A DNA stretch of 64,000 bases from Chiloscyllium plagiosum (Eukaryota): contig NC_057719.1 of assembly GCF_004010195.1 (NCBI RefSeq), forward strand, positions 27,137,623-27,201,622. Direction: 5' to 3'. The notes under the pieces were generated by a model. It ran no database searches. It had not been told where the DNA came from and was given only the letters and a program-made list of their open reading frames with translations. The position numbers and the translations under genes are program-made. Of this stretch, positions 1 through 12,409 are shown in pieces; position 1 is the first letter of the stretch; every line of letters begins with the position of its first letter.

Positions 1-792
1 CATTTGCATTTTCATGCGTCATTAAAGCCCCCAAATTGCCTTATTTAATCGTCACTTCCAATTCCAATTCTCCTCTGTTTCCCTGAGAAACTAGACCGAC
101 AAAATTCCCAACATATAGATCAAAGCAGGTACCCATGACTGCTGCTCAGCAAATACTTATCCTGGCCATTATCCAAATGCTTCCTCGCAACAATGTCTCT
201 TTATCCCATGGGCACCATCTTCCTCAAGCTTTCACCGACATAAGGTGGCTTCAGCAGAACACCAGCCTCAACACACCATCATGCCTGTTCTCTGATCAAC
301 TCAAGCACTTCTTCACCCCTTCAGTTCTTTACTTTGGCATCAGGGACACCTGGGATTTGCATGTTTTTGCCAAGCTGTTTTGTACGCAGGGACACATGCA
401 TCTTGGGCATTAACAGGATGCATCTTTTGACATCTACTTTCCTTGCAGACACTCTCTGACCTCAGCGGTGATTTACAGCATCTGTGGGTGTCACATTGCT
501 TTCTTAGCACATAGAGTCTTCAGTGTTCAGTTACAGGCTGTCAGTCTCTGGGCTTGCGTTGGTTCTTTTAGCACAGAGCGAGAGACAGGCGCTTGGTTAC
601 TGTGAGGAGTACTGAACAGTGAATATATTGCTGTACTGCACTGTGCTACACCAATATTAAACCAGCAGTACTTGCCAGCAGTTGTCAATACACTGTATAT
701 GCCTCAAACAAATGGCCGTGCACTGAAATCAAAGGAGAACATTCCTTAATAGTGGACTCCAGTCAGGAAGTGGGCACTGCCGCAGTTAGTCA

Positions 793-1444
793 GGCAGTAT
801 CCAAGGAGCAGGAGAATCGACGTTTTGGGCATGAGCCCTTCTTCAGGAATGCAGACAGGACCGTATCGAGGTGAGTTCGGTGGGGCAGGAGCAGGCTGAG
901 ACAATGGATCGGCCGGGGCAGTCAGATTTGTGGATTTTGGGCAGGAGGTAGAAACGGGTGGTGCTGGGTTGTGGGACTATGAGGTTGGAGGCGGTGGATG
1001 GGAGATCCCCTGAGGTGATGAGGTTATGGATGGTCTGGAAGATGATAGTTTGGTGGTGGGAGGTGGGGTCATGGTCAAGGGGGCAGTAGAAGGAGGTGTC
1101 CGCGAGCTGGCGTTTAGCCTCAGCGGTGTATAGGTCGGTGCGCCAAACTACTACCGCGCCTCCCTTGTCTGCCGGTTTGATAGTGAGGTTGGGATTGGAA
1201 TGGAGGGAGTGGAGGGCTGCACGTTCCAAGGGTGAGAGGTTGGAGTGGGTAAGAGGGGTGGAGAGGTTGAGGCGGTTAATGTCGCGGCGGCAGTTGGCTA
1301 TGAAGAGATCGAGGGCATTCCTGAAGAAGGGCTCATGCCCGAAATGTCGATTCTCCTGCTCCTTGGATGCTGCCTGACCTGCTGCGCTTTTCCAGCAACA
1401 CATTTTCAGCTCTGATCTCCAGCATCTGCAGTCCTCACTTTCTC
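793..1444 (-). mobile_element. Penelope-like element fragment (RT N-terminal part) between inverted terminal units
   Basis: Minus ORF LDLFIANCRRD..NLTIKPADKGGAVVV..FYLLPKIHK..PGRSIVSAC (PLE RT motifs). Arms ~790-852 and 1315-1445 are reverse complements. TSD cactgccgcagt(t/g)agtca at 775-792 and 1445-1462. Confidence 0.9.
1321..1348 (+). ncRNA. Minimal type I hammerhead ribozyme motif, one substitution (GAAAU-GUC)
   Basis: CTGAAGA A GGGC TCAT GCCC GAAAT GTC. Confidence 0.6.
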
Positions 1445-2754
1445 CACTGCCGCAGTGAGTCAAGGGTGTGGTCCTATTTCTCTCAAAAGTGTTAGCCATC
1501 ATCAGTCAGGCATTTGCGGGTGTATGGGGATCTGCGAGTTTCCTGCCCAAGTCATGGGCCATGGTTAGTCTTGCACATCAATTGCAACCAATCCAGCATT
1601 AGAACTTCCAAACCCTTGACTACTACCATCTAGAAGGATGAAGGCAACAGCAGCACAAGAAGGCAGCTCACCATCACCTTCTCAAGGGCAACTAGAGATG
1701 GGCAATAGCTGCTGGCGCAGCCAGTGATGTCAACATCCCCTGAAAGAATACAAAGAAGATAGATTATTCATGGTGCTGTGGAGACATCAGTCTAGGTGGT
1801 GGACCAGTTTCTCCTGCAATGTGACAAAGCTAGGGATTGAGTGTAATGTGAGAAAGTTGTGTACAGCAGAGTTAGAGTGAGTGGTGGCTCTGTAAGTGTG
1901 AAGTAACAGAGTGAAGATGGTGTCACTTACCCTTGCAGAGTGCAATCTTCTTCCTGCACTGCTGGGTTTTCTGCTTTACCCCAGGATAGAGTGTTGACCT
2001 AGTCTGCAGTGTGGGTCCAGGCTGGCTTGGTCTGACGTCATTGCCTCCTGTGGCTCCCTCCTTCCATTGTAAAAGGTCCTTCCAGAATCGCTGCGTCTGA
2101 GGTGGAGTGCATTTTGGCTTCAAACGTGGCACCAGTAGTGCAAATTCTGGAAGATCCTGGCAGTAGGGAGCACTTCCACCTCTCCAGCCGAGTGATTTCA
2201 CTGGGAAAGGAAGCTAGGAGCCTGGTTACAGAATTAATAAGATGAAGAGCAGGAGATTGCTTGAGAAAACTCGCTCGAGGCCATGACAGACCCAAAGCCA
2301 AGAACCTGATTCAACAAAACATTTTAACTCAATATGGGAAAATTATCCCCCTTAATTCTGCAGAAGCTTAGGAAACAGTAGCAAAATAGATTCAAAAGGA
2401 TGCTGCCGGAACTCAACAGGTGACCGTGAATAACCAGGGACTGTTTTAGAGAGAAAATGAAGATGAGGCTTGTTTGATGAAGAGGTACAATAGGGTGGAT
2501 GTGGAGAAACTGTTTCTAGTTATGCTGAGTGCAGCACAAGTGAGGGAATGTAAGAAAACACAATTAACAGAATAAAAAGACACATTTCAGATTTCTTTAA
2601 CGACATTGCGATTGGTTAAGAATATGGAATTTCCTCCACATAGACTGATTGAAACAGTTATCATTAATACATTTAAGGATGCACTTGTTACATATGTGAA
2701 AAAAAAGAAATGAAGACATAATGAGTGTGACAAAATGTGAACACCAGCACTGAT

Positions 2755-3072
2755 GGGCAGCACAGTGGCTGCCTCACAGCAACAGGGACCCGGGTCTGGC
2801 AACTGTCTGTGTGGAGTTTGCACATCTCCCTTTGTCTGAGTGGGCTTCCTCCGGGTGCTCTGGTTTCCTCCCACAATCCACAGATGTGCAGGTCAGGTGA
2901 ACTGGCCATGCTAAATTGCCTGTTCAGAGATGTGTGGGTTGGGTGCATTAGTCAGGGGTAAATGTTGAGTAAAAGGGTAGGGGAATGGGTCTGGATGGGA
3001 TACTCTTTGGAGGGTCGGTGTGGACTTTTTGGACCAAAGGGGCTGTTTATACATTGTAGGGGTTCTATGATT
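2755..3072 (+). mobile_element. HE1-type tRNA-derived SINE
   Basis: gggcagcacagtggct head, tgtggagtttgcac..gggtgctctggtttcctcccaca core, CR1-like tail; same family as 35857-36169. Confidence 0.85.
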
Positions 3073-3953
3073 ATTTAGGCTAAATGGTTGGTTTCTTGTG
3101 CTCTAATTTGGCAAGCAATATCAGCAGTGATATCTCTTTCATTGCATTATTCAAACAATCTAACAGTTCTTAGAAATTAACTCAGAGTTAGATTGATGAT
3201 ACAGAATAAAGTTTGTTAAGGATGCTTTTAAGGATCCAAATGTTTTACCTGGAAATCTACCAGTCAATTCAGAGGATATCACGGTATTAATATCTCAGTG
3301 AAGTGTGCTATATAGTGCTATTATTTATTTAAAATCTTACTGTCAGAAGCTTTCAAGCATTTAAGGGAAGATGTTAAACAGACCATTTGCAAAAAATATA
3401 TTTATTAACACCTTAGTTCAAGGTCAAACTAAACATCATCAAAGACTAATTGAAGAGAATCCAACTTAAATATATTCTTCGGTCCAAAAGCATAAATTGG
3501 CTAATGGATAACAAAAACTGAAGTAAACTGTGAACAAAGACTGTATAAAATCTGTCAGCAGTTTACTAGCACCATTTACAAAGCATGTTCAGAGTGACAA
3601 AAGGTACCTGGATTTATATGTAACTCTCAAGGGTAAAGACAAGAAGGCTGATGGCATGGTTACTCAGAGTTTAGCACTGCTGCCTCCTAGCACCAGGGAC
3701 CTGGGTTCAATTCCAGCCTTGGGTGACTGTGTGGAGTTTGCACATCCTCCCCATGTCTGTGTGGGTTTCCTCCGGGTGCTCTGGTTCCCTCCCACAGTCC
3801 AAAGATGTGCAGGTTAAGTGGATGGCCACGCTAAATTGTCCATAGTGTCCAGGGGTGTGCAGGCTAGGTGGATTAGCCATGAGGAATGCAGGGTTACAGG
3901 GAAGTGGGGGGTATGGTGTGGCGAGTCTGGGTGGGCAGCTCTTTGGAGGGGTG

Positions 3954-4714
3954 TGTAACGCTGTTCCTGTAACAAGGTTATGTTGTCCTCGGCTTTTTTT
4001 CAGAGAGGTCATAAAAGACACAGACTCTGAAAAGTCTAAGTTGTAGGGTATTAGAGTCAGTTTGATTATAGCTAACAGATACCACCTCAGGCAAAAAGCT
4101 TTTAAGTTTAAAAAAAAACTTGTTCAATGAAAGGGGAGCGGCCACTTCACCCAGCTCAGCTTTTCTCTGGTTTGGTTTGGTTTTTAGCGTAGCGCTAAAA
4201 AGAGCTACTGGACCCCAAAGAAGCAGATCCGTGCTGATCTCTCTCTGACTTTTCCCCTGTAAGACCCTATGTTTGATTTTACCTTTTGTGCCAAGGGAGT
4301 TTATGGGGATTATTGCAAGTATTGGGAACAGCATCATTAGGTTGGGATAATTTGTTGAGTAGGAGAAAGTGAGGACTGCAGATGCTGGAGATCAGAGCTG
4401 AAAAATGTGTTGCTGGAAAAGCACAGCAGGTCAGGCAGCATCCAAGGATCAGGAGAATCGACGTTTTGGGCATAAGCCCTTCTTCAAGAATTTGTTGAGT
4501 GTTCGGATAGGTTAAGTTACTCTGTATTCTGTTCTATTTTGTTTGTGTTACGTTTGGTAATCTTGTAAATAAATTCTATTTTGTTTAAAACTAAATGGAT
4601 TGACCCATTGCATCACTTCTGGAATATCCACCTTACACCTGCTGAAAACAACAAGCAAAGTTAAGGTCTGAGCCACTTGAAATGCTTTGAGAGGGTCTGG
4701 CCTGGTCCATAACA
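3954..4714 (+). mobile_element. Solo LTR (probably Gypsy-type), itself carrying a PLE terminal insertion
   Basis: Termini TGTAAC...ATAACA (TG..CA, imperfect inverted), 4-bp flanks ggtg/ggta, AATAAA at 4568, splits a SINE. Confidence 0.7.
4361..4488 (-). mobile_element. Solo PLE terminal unit (family A) with decayed hammerhead motif
   Basis: Reverse complement of 1317-1445; TSD aatttgttgagt at 4349-4360 and 4489-4500. Confidence 0.88.
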
Positions 4715-4819
4715 GGTAGTATGGACTCAATGAGCTGATTGGCCTGTTTCCACACTGTGGGGATTCTGTGAATCTAGAAAGAAATATTTTCAGTCCTAAA
4801 TTAACAATAAGACAGTCAG

Positions 4820-5010
4820 GGCAGAAGTAAGACCATAACTTTGCTATTTGGCCCATCTCTCTGCCATTCGATCATTGTTGATATGTTTCTCAACTCTATT
4901 CTCCTGTATTCTCCCTGTAACCTTTGATCCAAGAATCGATCTATCTCTGTCTTAAATACACTTGGTCTCCATAGCCCTCTATGGCAATGGGTTCAACAGA
5001 TTAACTGGCA
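4820..5010 (-). mobile_element. CR1 LINE 3' end fragment
   Basis: Antisense similarity to the CR1 3'UTR at 19950-20080 and 23200-23350. Confidence 0.6.
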
Positions 5011-5106
5011 TTTAGCTTGTGATTTCCAGTAAATAAATTCAAGCAATTAACCAGAGCTCTGTGACTTCCAAGAGTTGTCTTTAAATGAACATCCGACTGT
5101 ATCCTT

Positions 5107-5263
5107 TTAGATTAGATTAGATTACTTACAGTATGGAAACAGGCCCTTCGACCCAACAAGTCCACACCGACCCTCCGAAGAGCAACCCACCCAGACCCAT
5201 TCCCCTACATTTACCCCTTCACCTAACACTACGGGCAATTTAGCATGGCCAATTCACCTAACC
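5107..5263 (-). mobile_element. HE1-type SINE, 3' half
   Basis: (ttaga)n tail + ggaaacaggcccttcg..gcaatttagcatggccaattcacct. Confidence 0.85.
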
Positions 5264-8200
5264 TTTTAGTGACCACTTTGAAAATAAAACACTCACAGTA
5301 TCTCCACAATTCTTCACAAAACCTCGAGCATACTGAAGCAGCTTCAGGAGAATAGTGAAGGGGTTAACGTGTTCGTCAGCTCTGACACTCCGTAATGCTA
5401 AAATATCAAACATCCAGAAAACATCTTTGTTGTTTCTTGCTACAAAATTATTTTGTCCTTTTTTTCTTCAGGGGGGTTACTAACTGGGAACTGTCTTTTG
5501 AAAGTTATGATTTTGTTTTTATAGCTCTGTAGGAATTCAGCCTTTTGGATCTGAACTGCAGCTGATTCGATTTGCATTCTACACAGAATTAGATTTTGTA
5601 ACCAGAAGCTGCTGAGAGTAGAAAGTCAATTTGACCAGTGAGCAGCCACTCTGCTTGTGACATATTGAAAAGATGCTTTGTACAGAAGAACCAAGCTATT
5701 AAAGGAAGTTAGATGAATTGGTTTGCTTTCACTTCAACAAAAGGCAGAGGTGGAACCTTGTGGATACTGATGGTGTAGAAACATTTCTCAATATTTTGTA
5801 ACTGTCATATAAGGAGGAGCAGGCTCAATCAGTGAAAGGCAGATTTAGGACTGATGTTAGGAAAATGTATGCATCTTTGCGATATTAAGAAGGAGGAGGT
5901 TATAGATTCATACAGAACGGAAACAGACTCTTCGGTCCAACACATCCACACGAACCAAACATCCCAATCTGACCCAGTCCCATTTGGCCCATATCGCTCC
6001 AAACCCTTCCTATTCAGATACCCATCCAGATACCTTTTAAATGTTGCATTTGTACCAGCCTCCATCACTTCCTCTGGCAGCTTGTTGCGTACATGCATCA
6101 CCCTCTGCGTGAAAACGTTACCCCTCAGGTTCTTTTTAAATCTTTCCCCTCTCGCATTAATCCTACACCCTTTAGTATTTGACTCCCACATCTGAGGAAA
6201 AATACCTTGGCTATTTCATGCCCCACATACCTCCAGGGAGAAAAAAAGCCCTAGCCTATTCAGCCTCTCCCTATAACTAAACCCTGTCATGCTGGCAACA
6301 TCCTTTCTGCATCCTCTCAAGTTTAATGTCATCCTTCCTATAGAAGGGTGACCAGAGTTATACACAGCGTTCCAAAAGTGGCCTCACCATTGCCCTGATT
6401 AGCCACAACATGACATCCCAACTCCTACACTCCATGTTCTGACCAAAGAAGGCGAGTGTGCCAAACATCTTCTTCACCATCCTGCCTACCTGTGACTCCA
6501 CTTTCAAGGATCTGTATACCTGCATCTGTACACCTGGTCTCTTGGTCTGGCAACACTCCCCAAGGCCCTATCAATAACTGTATAAATCCCATCCTGGTTT
6601 GCGTTGAAAGACCACACATTTATTTAAATTAAATTCCATCTTCCACTCCTTGGCCCATTGGCCCATTTGATCCAGGTTCCATTGTACTCTGAGATAATCT
6701 TCTTCACTGTCCATTACACCGACTATTTTGGTGTCATCTGTAAACTTACTGACCATACCTCCTATATTCGACATCCAAATCATTTACATAAATGACAAAA
6801 AGCAGCGGACCCAGCACTGATCCTGTGGCACACCACTGGTCACAAGCTTCCAGTCTGAAAAACAAGCCTGCACTACCACCCTTTGTCTTCTATCTGCAAA
6901 CCAATTTTGTTTTCAAATGGCTAGCTCTCCCTGGATTCCATGTGATCTAACATTGCTAAGCAGTCTACCAAGCAGAACCTTGTCAAACACCTTGCTGAAG
7001 TCCATTTAGACAAACTCCACCTCTATGCTTTAATCAATCTTCTTTGTCACCTCTTCAAAAAGGTCAATCAAGTTAGTGAGACACAATTTTCCACATACAA
7101 AGCCATGTTGACTTTACCTAATCAATCTTTGCCTTTCCAAATGCAAATATCTCAGCAACAGCCCAGCAATCACTTCCCTGGCTTCCCACAAAGTTCTTGG
7201 AAATACCTGATCAGATCCTGGGGATTTATCTACCTTTATGTGTTTTAAGACCTCCAGCACCTCATGTAATATCAACTCTTTTCAAGACATCACTATCTAT
7301 TTCCCCAAGTTCCCTAGCTTCCATGTCCTTCTTGACAATAAATATTATTTATTTAATATCTCATCCATCTCCTATGGTTCCACATATAGACTGCCATATT
7401 GATCTTTAAGGGGCCCTATCTTCTCCCTAGTTGCTCTTTTTCCCTTAACATATTTATAAAATTGATTCGGGTTCTCCTAAACTCTGTTTGCCAAAGCTAT
7501 CTCATGCCCCCTTTTACCTCATGATTTCCCTGTTAATTATATTCCTACTGCCCTTATACTCTTCGAGGGATTTACTCCATCTCTGCTGTCTATACCTGCT
7601 TTCTTCTTTTTCTTGTCCAGACCCTCAATTTTGCTAGTCATCCAGCATTCTATACCAGCCTTGCCCTCCACGCTAATAGGAACGTACAATATCTGAGCTC
7701 TCGTTATCTCATTCTTAAAGGCCTTCCACCTCCCAGCCATCCCTTTACCTGCAAATAGCCTCCCACAATCAACTTCTGAAAGTTCCTGTCTAATACCATG
7801 AAAGCTGGCCTTACTCCAATTTAAAACTTTATCTTTTTGACCAGTTCTATACTTTTCCATAACTGTTTCATAAGCAATAAAATTATGATCACTGGCCCCA
7901 AAGTGCTCCCCCATTGACACCTCAGTCACTTGATCTGCCTTATTCCCCAAGAGGTCAAGGTCTGTTCCTTCTCTAGTAAGTATATCCACATATTTAATTA
8001 GAAGCTTCTCTTATACACACTTAACAAATTCCTCCCTGTTAAAACCCTTAACACTATAGCAGTTCCAGTCTTTGTTTGGAAAGTTAAAATCCCCTACAAT
8101 TACAATATTATTTTTCTAAAGATATCTGAGATCTCTTTACATATTTGTTTCTCAATTTCGTGCCGACTGTGGTGAGGGTATATAATAGAATCCCAATAAG

Positions 8201-8620
8201 GTGACCATCTCTTTCTTATTTTTAAGTTCCACCCATATAACTTCACTAGACAATCTACCAGGAATATCCTTCCTAAGTACAGCTTAATGATCTCCCTAAC
8301 TAAAAATGGTACTCCTCCTCCTCATCTCTTGCCTCCTTTTCTATCCTCCCTATTAGCTACCATATACCAGAATGTTAAGCTGCCAGACCTGTCCATCCCT
8401 GAGCCACATTTCTGTAATAGCCATGAAATCCCAGTCCCATGTTTCCAACCTGTCCTACACTCACCTGCCTTACCTGTCCGGCCTCTTGCACTGAAGTGAA
8501 TTTATCAGTCTTAACTCATCTCTGCCACACTCCAGTCTGCTTTGACTATTAGATTTGCTCTGAAAATGTGTTGCTGGAAAAGCGCAGCAGGTCAGGCAGC
8601 ATCCAAGGAGCAGGAGAATC

Positions 8621-8648
8621 GACGTTTCGGACATGAACCCTTCTTCAG
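8621..8648 (-). ncRNA. Minimal type I hammerhead ribozyme motif, helix II with G.U wobbles
   Basis: Minus strand CTGAAGA A GGGT TCAT GTCC GAAAC GTC. Confidence 0.65.
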
Positions 8649-8660
8649 GAAGGGAGAATC

Positions 8661-8688
8661 GACGTTTCGGGCATGAGCCCTTCTTCAG
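8661..8688 (-). ncRNA. Minimal type I hammerhead ribozyme motif, intact core
   Basis: Minus strand CTGAAGA A GGGC TCAT GCCC GAAAC GTC; palindromic ACGT in place of helix III. Confidence 0.75.
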
Positions 8689-8869
8689 GAAAACGTCGAT
8701 TCTCCTACTCCTTGGATGCTGCCTGACCTGCTGCGCTTTTCCAGCAACACATTTTCAGCTCTGATCTCCAGCATCTGCAGTCCTCACTTTCTCCTATTAG
8801 ATTTGTTCCCCTTCTACAGTACTAGCCTCAGCCTTTTCTCTTTCCCACTGTCACTTTAGCTCCCACACT

Positions 8870-10405
8870 GTGATAGAGAAACTATTGACAAAGGTTTTTA
8901 GGGACATGACTTACTCACATTTGGAAAAGAATGAACATCTTAGGATAGTCAGCATGGTTTTGTGCAGGGGAGATCTTGTCTCAAATTTGATTGTGTTTTT
9001 TGAGGAAGTGATGAAACTGGTTACGATAGTGGATGTTGTCTACATGTTCTTCACTAAAAAATTAGCCAAGGTCCTTATGGTAGACTGGTCTAGAAGTCAC
9101 ATGGGATCTACTGTGAGTTGGTAAGTTGAATACAGAATTGGCTTTATCATAAGAGACAGAGGGTAGTTGTGGAGGAGTGTTTTTCTGACTGGAGGTCTGT
9201 GAGGATCCATGTTACGTCCTCTGTGGTTTGTATTATATATAAATGACTTTGATGAAATGTAAGTTTGCAGACAACATGAAAATTGGTGGAGTTATGGATA
9301 AAGAGGAAGGTTGTAAAAATAGAACAGGCTATCGATCAATTGGAAAGTTGAGCAGAGAAATGGCAGATAGGGTTTAATCCAGACAACCGAAAGATGATGC
9401 ATTTTGGGATGTCAGGTGCAAGAAGAAATTATGTAGGAAATGGCAGAACCTTTAGGAGCATTACGGTACAAATTGATAACTCCCTGAAACTGGTATAGAA
9501 GGCTTATGGCATGCCTGTGTTCATCGGTCAGAGCATTGAATATAAAGGTTGGCAAATCATGCTGCAGCTGTATTAACTTCAGTTAGGCCAAATTTGGAGT
9601 ATTGTGTGCTATTCTGGTCACCACACTACAAGAAGAATGTGGAGCTTTGGAGACGCTACAAAAGAGATGTACCAGGATGTTATAAAAAAAGAGGTTGCTG
9701 GAAAAGCTTAGCAGGATGTTATAAAAAAAGAGGTTGCTGGAAAAGCTTAGCAGGTCTGGCAGCATCTGTGGAGAGAAAATTGATAAATAAATGGTAAGAA
9801 CTAGCAAATAAAAACCTCAGAACTGAGGAAGGGTCACTTGACCTGAAACCTTTGCTCTGATTTCTCTCAACAGATGCTGCCAGACCTGCTGAGCTTTTCC
9901 AACAATTTTTGTTTCTGATTTTACAGCATCCACTGTTCTTCCGATTTTTGTTCACCAGGATGTTGCCTGGATTGAAGTATGTTAGCTACAAGGGAAGGTT
10001 GGACATACTTGCAAGAGCAGCAGAGGCTGAGGGATGACCTGACAGAAGTATATAAAATTATGAGAAGCAGAGATAGGGTAGATAGTCAGAGTGTTTTTTC
10101 CCAGGGTGGAAATGTCAAACACTAGGGGCTGCAAGTTTAAAGTGAGAGGGGATAATGTTTAAAGGAGAAGTGTGAGGCAAGTACGCAGAGGTTGGTAGGT
10201 GCCTGGAATGTACTGCTAGGAGAGAGATAGAAGCAGATACGATGGCAACAATAAGAGGCATTTAGATAGACACATGAACAGGCTGAGAATAAAGGGATAT
10301 GGGCCATGTGTAGGCAGATAGGATTAGTTTACAATGGAATCATGGTCGGTAGAGACATGGTGGGCCAAAGTGCCTGTTCCTGTGCTGTACTGTTCTATGT
10401 TCTTT
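8870..10405 (+). mobile_element. Degraded CR1 LINE, RT and 3' end
   Basis: SNLIVFFEEV..DVVYM, VRPNLEYCVLFWSPHYKK, CR1 tail with (gtactgttctat)-like repeats. Confidence 0.85.
9682..9953 (+). mobile_element. PLE mini-element (family B) with inverted 5' arm and hammerhead motif at 9823-9852
   Basis: TSD accaggatgtt at 9671-9681 and 9954-9964 inside CR1; CTGAGGA A GGGTC ACTT GACCT GAAAC CTT; arms gctggaaaagcttagcaggtctggcagcatctg vs cagatgctgccagacctgctgagcttttcc. Confidence 0.85.
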
Positions 10406-11299
10406 AACTATTCTTTGTAGAACTACACCAAGTAGCAGTGTACAATAATGAATGTTATTTACAGACCAGCTTTTCAACTCAATGCTACTTGAGTGAATCT
10501 TACATTTAAAAATTTGGTTACCCCCATGCGTTAGCAGCAACCTATCGGCCAAAGTTCTAATGGATAAGGTGCGGACTCCTGAGTGGTAAGCAGAAATAGC
10601 ATCCTGCTCTGTTAATGTGTGAGTTTAGAGTTCACTAAGATCCAGTCATATCTGTGATCACACTTCAGAATGCTGTTCTTCCTAACTGTACCTACTTGTA
10701 TCTAAACTCCCTGCAATTATTTAAGTGAGACGCTGCTGACGGAATTTCATGCAGAAGTGCATATATATTGAATAATCAGTGCCTCAGGGGCACTATTTCA
10801 TATCTGTTTTCTGATTCCATATGAAGCTGTAAACATTTGTATTGCTTTGCCTGCATGCCTTAGGCTCTTACAGTTTAGCTTTATTGGCTATGTATGCATA
10901 ATATTTCCACTCATCTGAAAAGCAGCTTTACTGCTTTTTGCCTTATTCAGTTACCATTTAGTCAAAGTGAGATTTGTTTAGTAGTTTAATTGCCTGATAC
11001 TCCATGCTTACTTCTACGTGATTCAAAAAAAGGACAATTCAAACCTCCTGCTGCTGCAAATGATTGACAATCAACCTGTTCATCACTTCAAGAATGTAAT
11101 ACTTAAGCACATAATATAAAGAAACAGTTGAAGGCACTAGATACTATAAAGTTAATATGCCATGTCAAGACTCCAGCAATAGTTCTAAAGGCTTGTGCTC
11201 CCAAGTTTTCGATTTCCCTAGCCAAGCTGTTCCACTGGCAATGTTGGAAATTGTCCATGTGTATCCTGTCCTTCAAAATCAAGAAAGATGGAAGATTCA

Positions 11300-11610
11300 A
11301 TGTGTGGATGTGACTACTAGAGAAGGTGCAAAACTTGGCCTAATCTTGGGAAATAAGGCAGGGCAGATGACTGAGGTGTTAGTGGGGGGAGCACTTTGGG
11401 GCCAGCCTCCATAATTCTATTAGTTTTAAAATAGTGATGGAAAAGAATAGACCAGATCTAAAAGTTGAAGTTCTAACTTGGAGAAAGGCTAATTTTGATG
11501 GTATTAGGCAAGAACTTTCAAAAGCTGATTGGGGGCAAATGTTCGCAGGTAAAGGGACGGCTGGAAAATGGGAAACCTTCACAAATGAGATCATGAGAGT
11601 TCAGAGACAG
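11300..11610 (+). mobile_element. CR1 ORF2 internal fragment
   Basis: Near-identical to 15358-15665 (RPDLKVEVL.W..NFDGIRQELSKADW). Confidence 0.85.
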
Positions 11611-11857
11611 TCAAAGTCATCCCAGATATCAGCCATGTGATGGATAGGACAGTTGACAATGCTATCAAGTGACACTTGCTCACCAATAACGTGTTCACTG
11701 TCGCTTAGTTTGGGTTCCACCAGAGCCACACTCAACATTGCTACAGTCTTTGTCCAAACAGGACAAAAGTGCTGAACTCAAGAGGTGAGATGATAGAAAT
11801 GCTGCCTTGATGTCATCAAGGCAGCATCTAACAAGGTCCTCACAAATCTGGAGTCAG

Positions 11858-12220
11858 TTATTATTATTCATTCATAGGATGTCACTGGCTAGGCCTGCAT
11901 TAATCCCCATCCCTAATTGTCACTGGGCTAGGCCAGCATTAATCCCCATCTCTAATTGTCCAGAAGGCAGTTGAGAGTCAACCACATTTCTGTGGGTCTG
12001 GAATCACATGTAGGCCAGACCAGGCAAGGCTGCACTTTCCTTCCATAAAGGACATTATTGAACCAGATGGGTTTACTCCTGACAATTAGCAATGGATTCA
12101 CAGTCATCATTAGACTGTTAATTCCAGATTTTGATTGAATTCAAATTCCACCCAGTGTCATAGCAGGATTTGATCTGGGTCTCTGAATTCACAGATAATC
12201 CCACTAGGCCATCACCTCCC
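11858..12220 (-). mobile_element. tRNA-head SINE (non-HE1 family) with internal ~38-bp tandem duplication
   Basis: Minus strand begins ggggaggtgatggcctagtgg (A-box-like) then agatcaaatcc (B-box-like); duplication tgtcactgg..taat at ~11880-11956. Confidence 0.55.
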
Positions 12221-12409
12221 CTTAGAATCAGGGTCAACTTGCTGCTGATTGGAGTCTTACCTAACACAAAACAAGGTGGTTGCAGTTGTTCGAGGTCAAT
12301 CATCTGACCAAGGACATGAATGTAGGAGTTCTTCAGGGTAATATCCCATGTGCACCATCTTCAGATACTCATCAATGACCTTCCCTGTAATGTTATAAGG
12401 TAAGGTACC

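Larger units (their letters stand above)
3650..4770 (+). mobile_element. HE1-type SINE interrupted by a solo LTR (SINE parts 3650-3953 and 4715-4770)
   Basis: SINE head and core up to ..ctctttggaggggtg; tail resumes ggtagtatggactcaatgagctgattggcctgtttccacactg after 4714. Confidence 0.8.
8558..8795. mobile_element. Palindromic PLE mini-element (family A) with tandem duplicated hammerhead core
   Basis: Inverted arms; 40-bp tandem unit 8613-8651/8653-8691; TSD ctattagatttg at 8546-8557 and 8794-8805. Confidence 0.9.
5900..8868 (-). mobile_element. Degraded CR1 LINE (ORF2 APE-linker-RT-3' end, internally deleted)
   Basis: Minus ORFs SKFTDDTKIVG, EHFGASDHN, NVFTQRVMHVRNKLPEEV; many stops and frameshifts. 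Confidence 0.85.
11100..12400 (+). mobile_element. Old, highly decayed LINE (CR1/L2-group RT) with nested insertions
   Basis: PAIVLKACAPK..LAKLF..WK motif; related copies at 21290-22020 and 37380-39230. Confidence 0.55.

Noticed and set aside
8558..8795. Short inverted-repeat elements as DNA-transposon MITEs
   Set aside because: The arms are unequal, TSDs are long and variable, and the sequence is the PLE 3' terminus seen at 51742-51870.
8613..9754. 39-40 bp direct repeats as CRISPR-like arrays
   Set aside because: Only two adjacent copies each, no spacers, vertebrate context.
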